The notes under the pieces were generated by a model. The model ran no database searches and had not been told where the DNA came from. It saw only the letters and a program-made list of their open reading frames with translations. From a virus (taxonomy: Duplodnaviria > Heunggongvirae > Uroviricota > Caudoviricetes): 37,078 nucleotides of DNA. Below, piece by piece: positions 18,797 through 27,068 of the stretch; within the stretch, counting starts at the first letter, position 1, and each line of letters starts with the position of its first letter. The position numbers and the translations under genes were made by a program. The DNA lies in IMG/VR virus record IMGVR_UViG_2537562172_000008, one strand, 5' to 3'.

Positions 18797-20472
18797 TGTG
18801 ATTGCCCACCCTGACCACTAACTGCATTCGCCATAGCTGACAAAACACTCGGATCCGAAGTTTTAGCTTCGCTTAGCGTCTTGGCACCCTGTGCCGCCGC
18901 CATCCCCATCGCCATCATTTGTTGCTGCTGTTGCTGCTGTGCCCGTTGCTGGCGAGCCTGCTCAACCTGTTCCTGCGGAACAATGACGGTTGGAGACACT
19001 CCAGACATATCAGCGAATGCATCGATCGCCTGATCAACGTTGAGTTTGTCGAGAGCTTCTGGTTTCGCTTGCGCAAGTTGACCAATGAAGTTAACCGTGG
19101 ACGCCAGACTGGACAGGCCGATAGACTTCTGCGCCTGAGCCATGACGGAAATGTATTCGACCTTCAGGGGCATGCCTTCCATCGCGTCAGGCGGTGGCGG
19201 CAACATGTTTTTACGCACCATCATCGAGAAAGCGCGGTCAATGAGAGGATTAAGACATTCGTCGTTCAGACGCTCCAGAACCGGCCCCAACATCAGAAGT
19301 TTTTCTTCTTTCATTTCGATCACCGCTTCAACAGGCATCGAGCGGGTATTGATGTTCTGCAACATCATGAACAGATCGACAAAGTAGGCGCTGTTAATGA
19401 TTTGACGAGTGTCCTGAATGTCTGCCACCAAATCTGCTGTACTGGGGTTAACCAGATAAGCAGGCCTGAAGCCATCCTGACCAGTAATCTGATCGATATA
19501 CGTGATGTCGCCAGGAAGAAGGGAGGCGCGCTGATTCTTGAGGGAAGTCGGAGCAACCATCGGCGGATTGGTGGCTTTATCAATCAACTGCGACTTGCGC
19601 TTCTGGAGAAGCTGCAATGCCTTAACAGGTCCAAGCGCCAGCATACCCGGGCATGATGATCCATAAACATCTTCGCCGTTAACTTCCCAGCGCGGAGCCA
19701 TAATTGGAAACTCATCGAATCCGGACTCACGCAACAACTTGTCGTTATCGCCACCAACCTCGTAATAAACCGATTTGAATGGCTTGTTCTTGCTATCCAG
19801 CTTCGATGTATCGCGGTCAATGTTCGGGTAAACCGAATGCATCACTTCGATCCACTTCTCGTAGGTGCCGCTTTCCCACATGCTTTTTACGGATTCGCTG
19901 ACGTTATTTAGCCCGAACTCCTGAACAAGCTGACGAACAGTCATAGAGAACTTGCGAAAACAGGTATCCACACTTCCACGAGGTGAGTTAGCCAGGTAGT
20001 AACTGCCTATCGGGAATGGCATTGTGCGAATAATGTCCTCGTCATCTTCCAGCACTGCCATTGCACCAGTGCTGTATGTGCCGAGGCTTCCGTATAACTG
20101 CGGCAGCGACTGATAGAGATTCGACTTATTGAACATATCGTTCATGCGGTTCTGCACCGCCTCAAGCCACAACTTAACAGGGCCATAATCCATCATTTCA
20201 GGATCTGGCGTAGCCAGGCGAAACCACGGACGCGCGGGGCTTGTGATGCCTGACATCATGCCGCTGGCGAGAGTGCGCGCTGCCATAGTCCCGGTCGAAT
20301 CAATAATTCGTGTATTGCGTCGATCGTTACGGTTGACCTCAGAAGTCAGAAAGCGGGAACCACGCGGGTTGATGTAATCACTCAACTCGCGCCAGTGCGG
20401 CTCGAACGACTGACGCTCGCTTTCAAGTTGTGCGAACTGTTTGTTCAATCGCTCTTTAGTTGTTTCCGCCAT
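18793..20472 (-). CDS. portal (head-to-tail connector) protein
   Basis: 559-aa ORF downstream of the terminase genes; size and N-terminal region (RLNKQFAQLESERQSFEPHWRELSDYI) fit T7-type head-to-tail connector proteins. Confidence 0.8.
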   Translation of the reverse strand: MAETTKERLNKQFAQLESERQSFEPHWRELSDYINPRGSRFLTSEVNRNDRRNTRIIDSTGTMAARTLASGMMSGITSPARPWFRLATPDPEMMDYGPVKLWLEAVQNRMNDMFNKSNLYQSLPQLYGSLGTYSTGAMAVLEDDEDIIRTMPFPIGSYYLANSPRGSVDTCFRKFSMTVRQLVQEFGLNNVSESVKSMWESGTYEKWIEVMHSVYPNIDRDTSKLDSKNKPFKSVYYEVGGDNDKLLRESGFDEFPIMAPRWEVNGEDVYGSSCPGMLALGPVKALQLLQKRKSQLIDKATNPPMVAPTSLKNQRASLLPGDITYIDQITGQDGFRPAYLVNPSTADLVADIQDTRQIINSAYFVDLFMMLQNINTRSMPVEAVIEMKEEKLLMLGPVLERLNDECLNPLIDRAFSMMVRKNMLPPPPDAMEGMPLKVEYISVMAQAQKSIGLSSLASTVNFIGQLAQAKPEALDKLNVDQAIDAFADMSGVSPTVIVPQEQVEQARQQRAQQQQQQQMMAMGMAAAQGAKTLSEAKTSDPSVLSAMANAVSGQGGQSQ

Positions 20473-20486
20473 TTCAATGACTCCGG

Positions 20487-20693
20487 TTACTGACCAAGCA
20501 GCGTTTTACCGCTGGTATTAGCGGTTGATGTGTCGCCCTGAGAACCGGTAAGCAGCGTAGAACTACGACCAGCAGCAGCGCGACGGCGACGAGTTTCTTC
20601 GTCGCGGGCATCAACAACGGCGGCATCCTGCTCCTGTGGTGCTGCCTGAACTTCTGGTGTTGCAGGCACTGACGGTGAGCTACCCATGCACAT
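20487..20693 (-). CDS. hypothetical small protein preceding the portal gene
   Basis: 68-aa ORF with E. coli-like codon usage and GGAG about 8 nt upstream; preferred over the overlapping 20474-20713 frame. Confidence 0.4.
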   Translation of the reverse strand: MCMGSSPSVPATPEVQAAPQEQDAAVVDARDEETRRRRAAAGRSSTLLTGSQGDTSTANTSGKTLLGQ

Positions 20694-20761
20694 ATCAATG
20701 ACTCCGTACGCAATTAAATTATTACCAATTTAACCACATATGATTTATTTATCGTAGATAG

Positions 20762-20798
20762 TTGACATTTAACGCACGAATTATTACCTTTCAGGTAA
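20762..20798. promoter_or_regulatory. TTGACA hexamer (20762-20767) followed by operator-like palindrome TTACCTTTCAGGTAA (20784-20798)
   Basis: Perfect TTACC-N5-GGTAA in the 400-bp non-coding stretch between the portal-side genes and the tRNA; spacing to the -35 hexamer is too short for a canonical sigma70 promoter on the plus strand, so its role is unresolved. Confidence 0.4.
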
Positions 20799-21120
20799 CC
20801 AAAGAGTTCATTCCGGTTATTAACCTGACTGGCTTGTCGTTAAATTGAACAGGTGGAGTGAGCTTTTATTTTGAGCAGTACGGCGTATGGCACATGCGCC
20901 GATAGCGGTCTGGATACGTTTAAGGGGCACCCTCCCTTGCTCGGGCAAACGAACCAGGTAGCCGGAATGTGCAAGTCGAGCGGTTTTATTCCGCGCACGG
21001 GGATTCACCATCCCGGCGATTCGGTGTGACGCCTCGGAAGAGACGAGGGTACAACGATGAGAGCATTTATGGAGCCGCGACAAAATGTGGCGCCTTAACA
21101 GGCTAAGTGCTCTCAGCGTT

Positions 21121-21197
21121 GTGGCATTAGCTCAGTTGGACAGAGCAACCGCCTTCTAAGCGGTTGGTCGCAGGTTCGAATCCTGCATGCCACGCCA
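21121..21197 (+). tRNA. tRNA-Arg, anticodon UCU (reads AGA), CCA encoded
   Basis: Hand-folded cloverleaf: acceptor GTGGCAT/ATGCCAC, D-stem GCTC/GAGC, anticodon stem ACCGC/GCGGT with loop CTTCTAA, T-stem GCAGG/CCTGC with loop TTCGAAT, discriminator G, CCA at 21195-21197. Confidence 0.9.
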
Positions 21198-21240
21198 GAA
21201 TCACGCCTAAGGACCGTGATGCCAGAAGTTCCAGGGGCTT

Positions 21241-21282
21241 GGCGGTGATGGTTTCCCTTGAAGGACTACCACCGCCCTTTTT
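21241..21282 (+). terminator. intrinsic terminator downstream of the tRNA
   Basis: Imperfect hairpin closed by GGCGGTG/CACCGCC followed by CTTTTT. Confidence 0.5.
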
Positions 21283-21360
21283 ACAGCAGGACGCCATTGC
21301 GATGACTTCATGCTGTAAACCAGTACAGCCACGGAAGGCATAACTCATTGCTTCCAGTTC

Positions 21361-21384
21361 GCCCGGTTCGCCGGGCATTTTTTT
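21361..21384 (+). terminator. intrinsic terminator or attenuator immediately upstream of the 21396 gene
   Basis: GCCCGG-TTCG-CCGGGC hairpin followed by ATTTTTTT; the RBS AAGGTGAG and ATG 21396 follow within 12 nt. Confidence 0.55.
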
Positions 21385-21395
21385 AAGGTGAGATT

Positions 21396-21767
21396 ATGAA
21401 CGACCAGCAAATCGAAAAAGAAATCGTTGAGAAAGGCAAAACGGCACCGCGCGTTACGCCAGACCATATCGAAGGCATTATTGCTCAGGAGGCATATTTC
21501 ACAGCAGAAGATGGTGCCTTTGGCAAAGCCATAAAAGCGAAACATACTGGCGGAGAGGTAAACTACCAGCCGCACGAATCACTTTCTCTGCTGACGTTCT
21601 GCGTCCTGGTGCTGCGCAACGGCTTCACCGTCACCGGAGAGAGCGCCTGTGCAAGCCCGGAAAACTTTGATGCAGAAATTGGTCGGAAGATTGCCCGGCA
21701 GAATGCTGTAAACAAAATCTGGATGCTCGAAGGTTACTTGCTGAAGCAGAAGCTAAGCGAGCAATAA
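21396..21767 (+). CDS. moron-encoded small protein, possibly N4 gp49 / Sf6 gp66-like family (unverified)
   Basis: 123-aa ORF with RBS AAGGTGAG; on the strand opposite to all surrounding packaging and head genes and bracketed by terminators. Family guess rests on the remembered motif NGFTVTGESACASPENFD...KIWMLEGY. Confidence 0.55.
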   Translation: MNDQQIEKEIVEKGKTAPRVTPDHIEGIIAQEAYFTAEDGAFGKAIKAKHTGGEVNYQPHESLSLLTFCVLVLRNGFTVTGESACASPENFDAEIGRKIARQNAVNKIWMLEGYLLKQKLSEQ

Positions 21768-21771
21768 CACC

Positions 21772-21783
21772 GTGACATGTCAC
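21772..21783. repeat. perfect 12-bp palindrome GTGACATGTCAC, copy 2 of 3
   Basis: Four nt after the TAA stop (21765-21767) of the moron gene and four nt before the terminator hairpin. Confidence 0.5.
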
Positions 21784-21787
21784 AAAC

Positions 21788-21814
21788 AGCCAGCCGATGA
21801 GCTGGCTTTGTTTT
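21788..21814 (+). terminator. intrinsic terminator of the tRNA/moron unit
   Basis: AGCCAGC-CGATGA-GCTGGCT hairpin followed by TTGTTTT. Confidence 0.6.
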
Positions 21815-21857
21815 ATCCTCATCAGAGGATATCAACGACATTATCCCAACCAGCGGA

Positions 21858-23333
21858 TTAAGCATAGGGATCGTAATCTGTGATGGCCTTGCCTTGCTGG
21901 TTCTGCTGCCCGGGAATTCGCAGACGCTTAGACACAGGGAACGCAAACGTCAGCAGTAGCGCATCGCCTTTACCCGGCGAACGCCCAAGCCGCTCCTTGA
22001 TATCTTCCTTCGGTTCGATAACGATTTTACCATCCACTCGAACTTTGTACTCTGCCGCCGACAGGTCGTCTGCTGTTTCCTGGTCATCCAGCATGCCGCC
22101 CAGCCTCAGCCATGTCTTGCATGAATTGAACATCTCCCCACGCTTGTTGAGCATCTGCGGGTCAGTAGACGCGCCACCGAACGGAACAAGTTGCCATGTA
22201 CGACCCCATCCGTCACCGATTGACTTCAGACCGGTTCCGTAACCGAAGTCGATGAACACCGCGTCAGCCTGATACTGGTCTTCAAAGTCAGCGATACGCT
22301 TCGCCATAATCAGATCGTCGGTAGTCTTGTTGCCAGTCCACAGCACCTTACTGTGTAGCCCCTGCCGCAGGTATATCACCGCGTCATCAACGCCTGAATA
22401 TGCCGGGTCAACACCGATTATCACCGGAGCATGCGCCACCTGCGCAGCGGTTACCACCCGTTTCATTGCCTCATCAGTAAGACCGGTAGGGATAAACTGC
22501 AATTCAGATGCATCAGGGAATATGCCGCGCACACGGATTTTAACGAAGTCGCTGTCTTCCCCGTAGTCATCAACCCATTTCTGCAACTGCTGTTTGTTAG
22601 TTCCTTCCACCGTCCGGCTGTCAATCTGCGCAGTTTTCCAGCGGTGTTTATATTTGCGGAAACATTCGCGGAAACGCCCGGTGTTACGTGTAGGGTTTCC
22701 GAACGCTACCCAGATAATCTCAGTGTCTTCGTCCGTAAGCGCACCCTCAGCAACTTCCCACACCAGATCCGCAATGTTCGACGCTTCATCGAATACCACG
22801 ATGATGCGTTTGCGCTCGTTGTGTAGTCCGGCGAACGCCTCAGTGTTGTGCTCAGACCAGGGGATTGCGTCAGCGCGCCACCGCTTGTCGTGCCCAGGAT
22901 CATTGCTGTACATCGCGGTAGCGGTGCAGGTGAACCAGTCTTTCGTGATAGCAAGGTTCGACCACTTGATAATTTCCGGCCAGGTCTTCGTTCGTAGCTG
23001 GTTGTCGGTGTTGGCGGTCACCACGACCTTACAATCCTCGCAAGTGGACATGCCCCAGTTGATCAGCATTGAGATGAATGCGGATTTACCAATACCGTGA
23101 CCAGAAGCGCGTGCCAGCATAAGCGGCTGATAGCGCGTCTCTGGATTCTGCAGGTGATCACGTATCTCTCGGAACGCATCGGCCTGCCACTGACGTGGAC
23201 CGGTGGCGTGCGCCAGCTCTGTGCCTTCCTCGCCCCACGGAAACGCATACAGCGCATAGCCCAGCGGGTCATACGTGAACGAGGCGATATCCTCGACGAG
23301 TTGCTCTTCCGGCGACATGGCTGCGGCTGTCAT
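21858..23333 (-). CDS. terL: terminase large subunit
   Basis: 491-aa ORF with Walker A-like GHGIGKSAF and Walker B-like IIVVFDEA ATPase motifs followed by a nuclease-type C-terminal half; overlaps the small subunit gene by 4 nt. Confidence 0.9.
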   Translation of the reverse strand: MTAAAMSPEEQLVEDIASFTYDPLGYALYAFPWGEEGTELAHATGPRQWQADAFREIRDHLQNPETRYQPLMLARASGHGIGKSAFISMLINWGMSTCEDCKVVVTANTDNQLRTKTWPEIIKWSNLAITKDWFTCTATAMYSNDPGHDKRWRADAIPWSEHNTEAFAGLHNERKRIIVVFDEASNIADLVWEVAEGALTDEDTEIIWVAFGNPTRNTGRFRECFRKYKHRWKTAQIDSRTVEGTNKQQLQKWVDDYGEDSDFVKIRVRGIFPDASELQFIPTGLTDEAMKRVVTAAQVAHAPVIIGVDPAYSGVDDAVIYLRQGLHSKVLWTGNKTTDDLIMAKRIADFEDQYQADAVFIDFGYGTGLKSIGDGWGRTWQLVPFGGASTDPQMLNKRGEMFNSCKTWLRLGGMLDDQETADDLSAAEYKVRVDGKIVIEPKEDIKERLGRSPGKGDALLLTFAFPVSKRLRIPGQQNQQGKAITDYDPYA

Positions 23334-23926
23334 TCTTCACCACCAGCCTGCTCTATGACGCGGCGCCGGGCGGCGGCCATGCGGTCGGCGATGGTGACCG
23401 TGCCGGAAACCTCCAGGCGCTCTTTGAACGCGTTAACGTCGACGTGCTTACCAATCAGTTCGAGGTTCTTCACCTTGTCAGGCCATTTAATTTTTTTGAG
23501 GATTGTCTCTATCGAATCCTCGTTCATGTTCATGATGGTCGATGACAGATCAAAGCCACTAAGCGTAGTGCGCCAGATTTTCGGCCACTCGCGGATTGGC
23601 TTAAGACTCCCATCGTCGTTGAGGATATCAATCACGTCCATCTGGTCGATCTCCACCAGGCGCATGAGAACGTAATCAGCACTGACGCGCATTCGTTTGT
23701 TGCGCTCCTCCATCAGCTCGGCAATCCGTTTTTGAATGCGTTCATCGCGCATCATGACACTGGCTTTAACTGCCGCTGTATTTGGGGAGAATCCTGCGTT
23801 AATCGCTGCCTGAGTCTGGTTTTCAGGCGTTTTGATGTATGACTGGCAATAAGCCTCCTGCATTGCTGTTAGTGGCTTAAATTGCGTTGATTTGCGTTTA
23901 TAGGTTTTAGGTTCAGCAGGCATCAT
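23330..23926 (-). CDS. terS: terminase small subunit
   Basis: Immediately upstream of and coupled to terL. ORF track start is TTG at 24004, but an intrinsic terminator (23969-23995) lies inside that extension, so the ATG pair at 23921-23926 is preferred, giving about 198 aa. Confidence 0.65.
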   Translation of the reverse strand: MMPAEPKTYKRKSTQFKPLTAMQEAYCQSYIKTPENQTQAAINAGFSPNTAAVKASVMMRDERIQKRIAELMEERNKRMRVSADYVLMRLVEIDQMDVIDILNDDGSLKPIREWPKIWRTTLSGFDLSSTIMNMNEDSIETILKKIKWPDKVKNLELIGKHVDVNAFKERLEVSGTVTIADRMAAARRRVIEQAGGEE

Positions 23927-23933
23927 AACCACC

Positions 23934-23962
23934 GTGGTAATAGTTACCGTTGTGGTAATAGT
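23934..23962. repeat. two direct repeats GTGGTAATAGT (18-bp period) just upstream of the terS start
   Basis: 23934-23944 and 23952-23962, lying between the terminator at 23969-23995 and the terS start codon; each contains GGTAA next to (T)TACC. Confidence 0.5.
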
Positions 23963-23968
23963 ACCATG

Positions 23969-23995
23969 CAAAATAAAGCCGCCATAGTTGGCGGC
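23969..23995 (-). terminator. intrinsic terminator between the accessory genes and terS
   Basis: GCCGCC-ATAGTT-GGCGGC hairpin (23978-23995); the minus-strand transcript continues UUUAUUUUG. Confidence 0.55.
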
Positions 23996-24036
23996 AGTAT
24001 TCAAAACCCATCAAATTCATCATGCATAATCTACTC

Positions 24037-24048
24037 GTGACATGTCAC
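24037..24048. repeat. perfect 12-bp palindrome GTGACATGTCAC, copy 3 of 3
   Basis: Overlaps the last codon and the TGA stop (24045-24047) of the 24045-24383 gene, 41 nt upstream of the terminator hairpin preceding terS. Confidence 0.5.
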
Positions 24049-24383
24049 ACTATTAATTTCGTTTCATGCCAGCCTTTAGTCACCCAGCATTGCGAGTCAC
24101 CATTACACGGGCATGAATTCACAGGAACTCTCTCGCCGCACTTACCGCAACGTTTTCTGCTGATCGATTTTATACGCCCGTGCACGCGTGCATCATCCTG
24201 GCGGATCAGTAACGCTATATACTCACCAAATTCGTAAGGCGCACGCCCGGGGCGACGCGTGGCACAGTTACGCTCCAGCATTTCAATTTCCTGAGCATCA
24301 AGCACAATCTCCAGCTTACGCACACCAGATGCAGCTTGTCTGGCTCTCTGAGCGGCTTTGCGCTCTGCTGCTGATTTAGCCAT
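24045..24383 (-). CDS. hypothetical protein with C-terminal Cys-rich zinc-binding-type motif; candidate regulator
   Basis: 112 aa; basic helical N-terminus (KAAQRARQAASGVRKLEIVLD) and C-terminal C-x2-C-x10-C-x-C-x5-C cluster; last gene before the terminator/terS junction. Confidence 0.5.
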   Translation of the reverse strand: MAKSAAERKAAQRARQAASGVRKLEIVLDAQEIEMLERNCATRRPGRAPYEFGEYIALLIRQDDARVHGRIKSISRKRCGKCGERVPVNSCPCNGDSQCWVTKGWHETKLIV

Positions 24384-24729
24384 TCTGATTTTCCTGCATC
24401 ATGAGAAATACAATCATGGCGGCTCGGAGTGGATTATTCGCATGAAAGCAAATGTTCTCGGCATTAAAAACAGCTGACCACTCACCGCGAGATTGGTGGC
24501 AGGTTAGACTGATTTTATTATCAACAATAATAGGCCATGCATCCGATGGATTATTGCAGTAGTCAGGTAAAGGGTTTAATGGCTCAAAAGTTGTATCAGC
24601 ATTTCCGTAATACCATTTGTTGGTGTTATTCCCTGATGTTTCCGGTTTACATGCCCAAAGGCCTTTAAAAATTATGTCTCCTACCATTCTGTTAATTTCA
24701 AAATCACTTAACTGTGAATAGTCCATCAT
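24376..24729 (-). CDS. hypothetical protein
   Basis: 117-aa ORF overlapping both neighbours by a few nt. Confidence 0.5.
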   Translation of the reverse strand: MMDYSQLSDFEINRMVGDIIFKGLWACKPETSGNNTNKWYYGNADTTFEPLNPLPDYCNNPSDAWPIIVDNKISLTCHQSRGEWSAVFNAENICFHANNPLRAAMIVFLMMQENQNG

Positions 24730-25256
24730 TTCGCCTCCTGCGGCGGCTCCGGTAGCGGCATCCAGTGAGTTATTTCATGGGCAAGGATATCTGAGCTAAG
24801 TTCCGTCCAACTATTCCAATACCCAGATTCATCCCACCATTTAACCTCGACATGCTCGCCGTCGGTCACTAACACATCAGCATACCCTTTCGGCATTCGC
24901 TCACTACAGCTTATCCAACTATCCGGAGTTCCCGGAGAGTTGCCATTTACATCGAAGTTTGGCTCTGCGTCCTGAACCAGGAGGATGTAACCATTCTTGG
25001 CAGTATCAAGTTCTAACGCCTCGGTGACGGTGCCGAAATAGCGATTACCTAAATCAGCATCACAAGTGCTTACATCAATGGAAACTTCCATGCCCTCGAT
25101 TAATTCTGGCAAGTTGTAAGTTTGGCTTACAGGCTCGACTTCCAGCGATGCCAGAGCAATTTCATAAGCCCGACGCTCAATATTGTCTCGGACGTCCAGG
25201 CTGCCGATTCGCTCTCTGATTTCTTTAATCAGTTCTTTGTCGGTTAAAGTGGTCAT
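24726..25256 (-). CDS. DUF551-like phage protein
   Basis: 176 aa; C-terminal motif ...ITHWMPLPEPP matches the remembered DUF551 signature common in enterobacterial prophages. Confidence 0.55.
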   Translation of the reverse strand: MTTLTDKELIKEIRERIGSLDVRDNIERRAYEIALASLEVEPVSQTYNLPELIEGMEVSIDVSTCDADLGNRYFGTVTEALELDTAKNGYILLVQDAEPNFDVNGNSPGTPDSWISCSERMPKGYADVLVTDGEHVEVKWWDESGYWNSWTELSSDILAHEITHWMPLPEPPQEAK

Positions 25257-25768
25257 GCTGCGTTTCCTTCTTTCTTATTAACAATTACACCGTCATATAT
25301 TTCATTAAGGTGTCCTCTTAGCTCCATGCGCCTTAATGCAGATAACATGTAATCGCATTCAACCTGCTTATTCCCGGTAAATGGCTTATCGTCAGGATTA
25401 CCCCAACAGCAATTACCCCTGGGCCATCCATGTACTTTCCGTACTCTTCCGTTAACAACGTGAAGTAATCCCCAGCCGGGAGGTAAATCCTCAACTGAAA
25501 TAATTTCCGGCTCACTAATAAAGAATCGCCAGTCGCCCATGCCAAGTGAGGGATTTTTACGGAAACGCTTTTTTCTATCTGCCAACAAGTCAGCACGAGA
25601 ACACTTCGCCTCTATCAGGCATGATGCTGAATTTCTGAATCCCATAGCATCTGGCTGTTCTCCGGTACTGGTTACAGCAACAAAGCGGTCATGAAAGCAA
25701 ACCTTGAACCCGTTGCGCTTAAGGAACTTGTACGCAATCTGACAGAGTTCGTGGTGTGTTAACGCCAT
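25253..25768 (-). CDS. PD-(D/E)XK nuclease-fold protein (putative)
   Basis: ORF track extends to 25930; ATG at 25766-25768 has an AAGGAGA RBS and lies 1 nt after the upstream stop, giving 171 aa. Contains PDAMGF ... LIEAKCS, a D ... E-x-K arrangement. Confidence 0.5.
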   Translation of the reverse strand: MALTHHELCQIAYKFLKRNGFKVCFHDRFVAVTSTGEQPDAMGFRNSASCLIEAKCSRADLLADRKKRFRKNPSLGMGDWRFFISEPEIISVEDLPPGWGLLHVVNGRVRKVHGWPRGNCCWGNPDDKPFTGNKQVECDYMLSALRRMELRGHLNEIYDGVIVNKKEGNAA

Positions 25769-25769
25769 A

Positions 25770-26543
25770 TCACTCTCCTTTGATGCGAATGCCAGCGGCG
25801 CGCTCGGCTTCACTTTGTTCCCAAAACCACTTGTGAAGCGCCATAAGCTTTTCGTCAATCGGTGCATATTTGCGATTAAAGTAGGCCTGAGCATCTTTCT
25901 CAGATTCGTCCGGTAATTCGCCAGGGCCAAACAGTGTGTTATAAATCCATGCTAGTCCGCTCTTAGCGTCGCCAGTTGCCTGCCATTCGATAATGGCAGC
26001 CTGCATGACCAGAATGTTTTTCCCGATTAATAGGTCCAGTTCTTTGTACCGGTTGCGGATGTATGCATTCTCGCTTTGTAATTTTGCGTTGCGCTTTTCT
26101 GAGGCTTCAAGTAACGCCTGCTTATCGCGTAGAGCTTCTTCCAGTTCAGCAACATGGCATTCACTATCAATAAGGTTGTTCTCTGCTGCTTCAAGCTCAA
26201 CACGCAGCTTCCCAACCGTAAGCGCAATCTCCTCGTTCTCCTGGTCGCGTGATTTGATGTATTGCTGGTTTCTTTCCCGTTCATCCAACAATGCCAGCAC
26301 GGTAACTGGACTGGCTGCGGCGATGAATTCAGCATTGGCCTGCTGTTCCATTTGGAAATCTTCATCGAAACCGCTTTCAGGATGCGCTCCTTCAATTCTG
26401 CAAATGGGAAGATATCCAACAACTTCACGATGAATTAGTGCATCACCAGCATCAAGTCTCTCCTCTCCATATTCGAGCGACCACACACCACACGTTGCTT
26501 TCTCTGCCTTTTCACGCAGTGCCTGATAGTTAATCTTGCTCAC
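25770..26543 (-). CDS. Ead/Ea22-like protein
   Basis: 257 aa; N-terminus MSKINYQALREKAEKATCGVWS and a central coiled coil resemble lambdoid Ea22-family proteins (from memory). Confidence 0.55.
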   Translation of the reverse strand: MSKINYQALREKAEKATCGVWSLEYGEERLDAGDALIHREVVGYLPICRIEGAHPESGFDEDFQMEQQANAEFIAAASPVTVLALLDERERNQQYIKSRDQENEEIALTVGKLRVELEAAENNLIDSECHVAELEEALRDKQALLEASEKRNAKLQSENAYIRNRYKELDLLIGKNILVMQAAIIEWQATGDAKSGLAWIYNTLFGPGELPDESEKDAQAYFNRKYAPIDEKLMALHKWFWEQSEAERAAGIRIKGE

Positions 26544-27007
26544 TGGTTGCCTCCTTTACGAAGCTGGGCGGCGAACTCGTTAAGTGATATGTAGCAATCT
26601 CCAAATGTTAACGAACCGCTCGACTGCATATGCTCCATAGCCATCTCCACGCCCTGCGCCCGTACTTCAGCCAGGAAAGCATCGGTGGCTGGGGTGTCTG
26701 ATTGCAGAGACTTTGCGCGATAGTCATTCCACCCTCTTGCATACATGGGATTAACTTGCACTCCATCTTTTACGCAATATGCCTGACCTCCACGGTTGAT
26801 AACCTTGATTTCGTCCATAGCGCCAGACTTCAGCCCCGCATTCTCCGCCGCCAGCGCATTAGCACGCACCAGTTGCACTTCCAGTTGCGTTGCCAAATCG
26901 CTGATCAGCTTTGCCACACTGCGCATGTCAACGGCACCACATTCTGCTTTCAGTTCCGAAGCCATCTCATGCCCGGCGGCAACTAACCCTTTGATATTAC
27001 TTTCCAT
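26540..27007 (-). CDS. hypothetical protein
   Basis: 155-aa ORF; GAGGG RBS upstream of ATG 27005-27007. Confidence 0.5.
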   Translation of the reverse strand: MESNIKGLVAAGHEMASELKAECGAVDMRSVAKLISDLATQLEVQLVRANALAAENAGLKSGAMDEIKVINRGGQAYCVKDGVQVNPMYARGWNDYRAKSLQSDTPATDAFLAEVRAQGVEMAMEHMQSSGSLTFGDCYISLNEFAAQLRKGGNQ

Positions 27008-27068
27008 CTTTACCCTCGCTTATCCACATAACTTATTGATTACATTGATAACTAAAAAGATCGTCGAT

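Noticed and set aside
20784..20798. TTGACA at 20762 plus the operator as a canonical sigma70 promoter for the tRNA
   Set aside because: Spacing between the -35 hexamer and any -10-like hexamer is only about 12 nt and the tRNA lies more than 300 bp downstream; the site is recorded but the promoter call is not made.
20820..21083. 87-aa minus-strand ORF in the region upstream of the tRNA
   Set aside because: No RBS, Arg/His-rich random-looking composition, and it occupies the structured non-coding leader of the tRNA unit.
23927..24004. TTG start at 24004 for the terminase small subunit as given by the ORF track
   Set aside because: The extension contains an intrinsic terminator and the direct repeats; the ATG pair at 23921-23926 gives a normal-length TerS.
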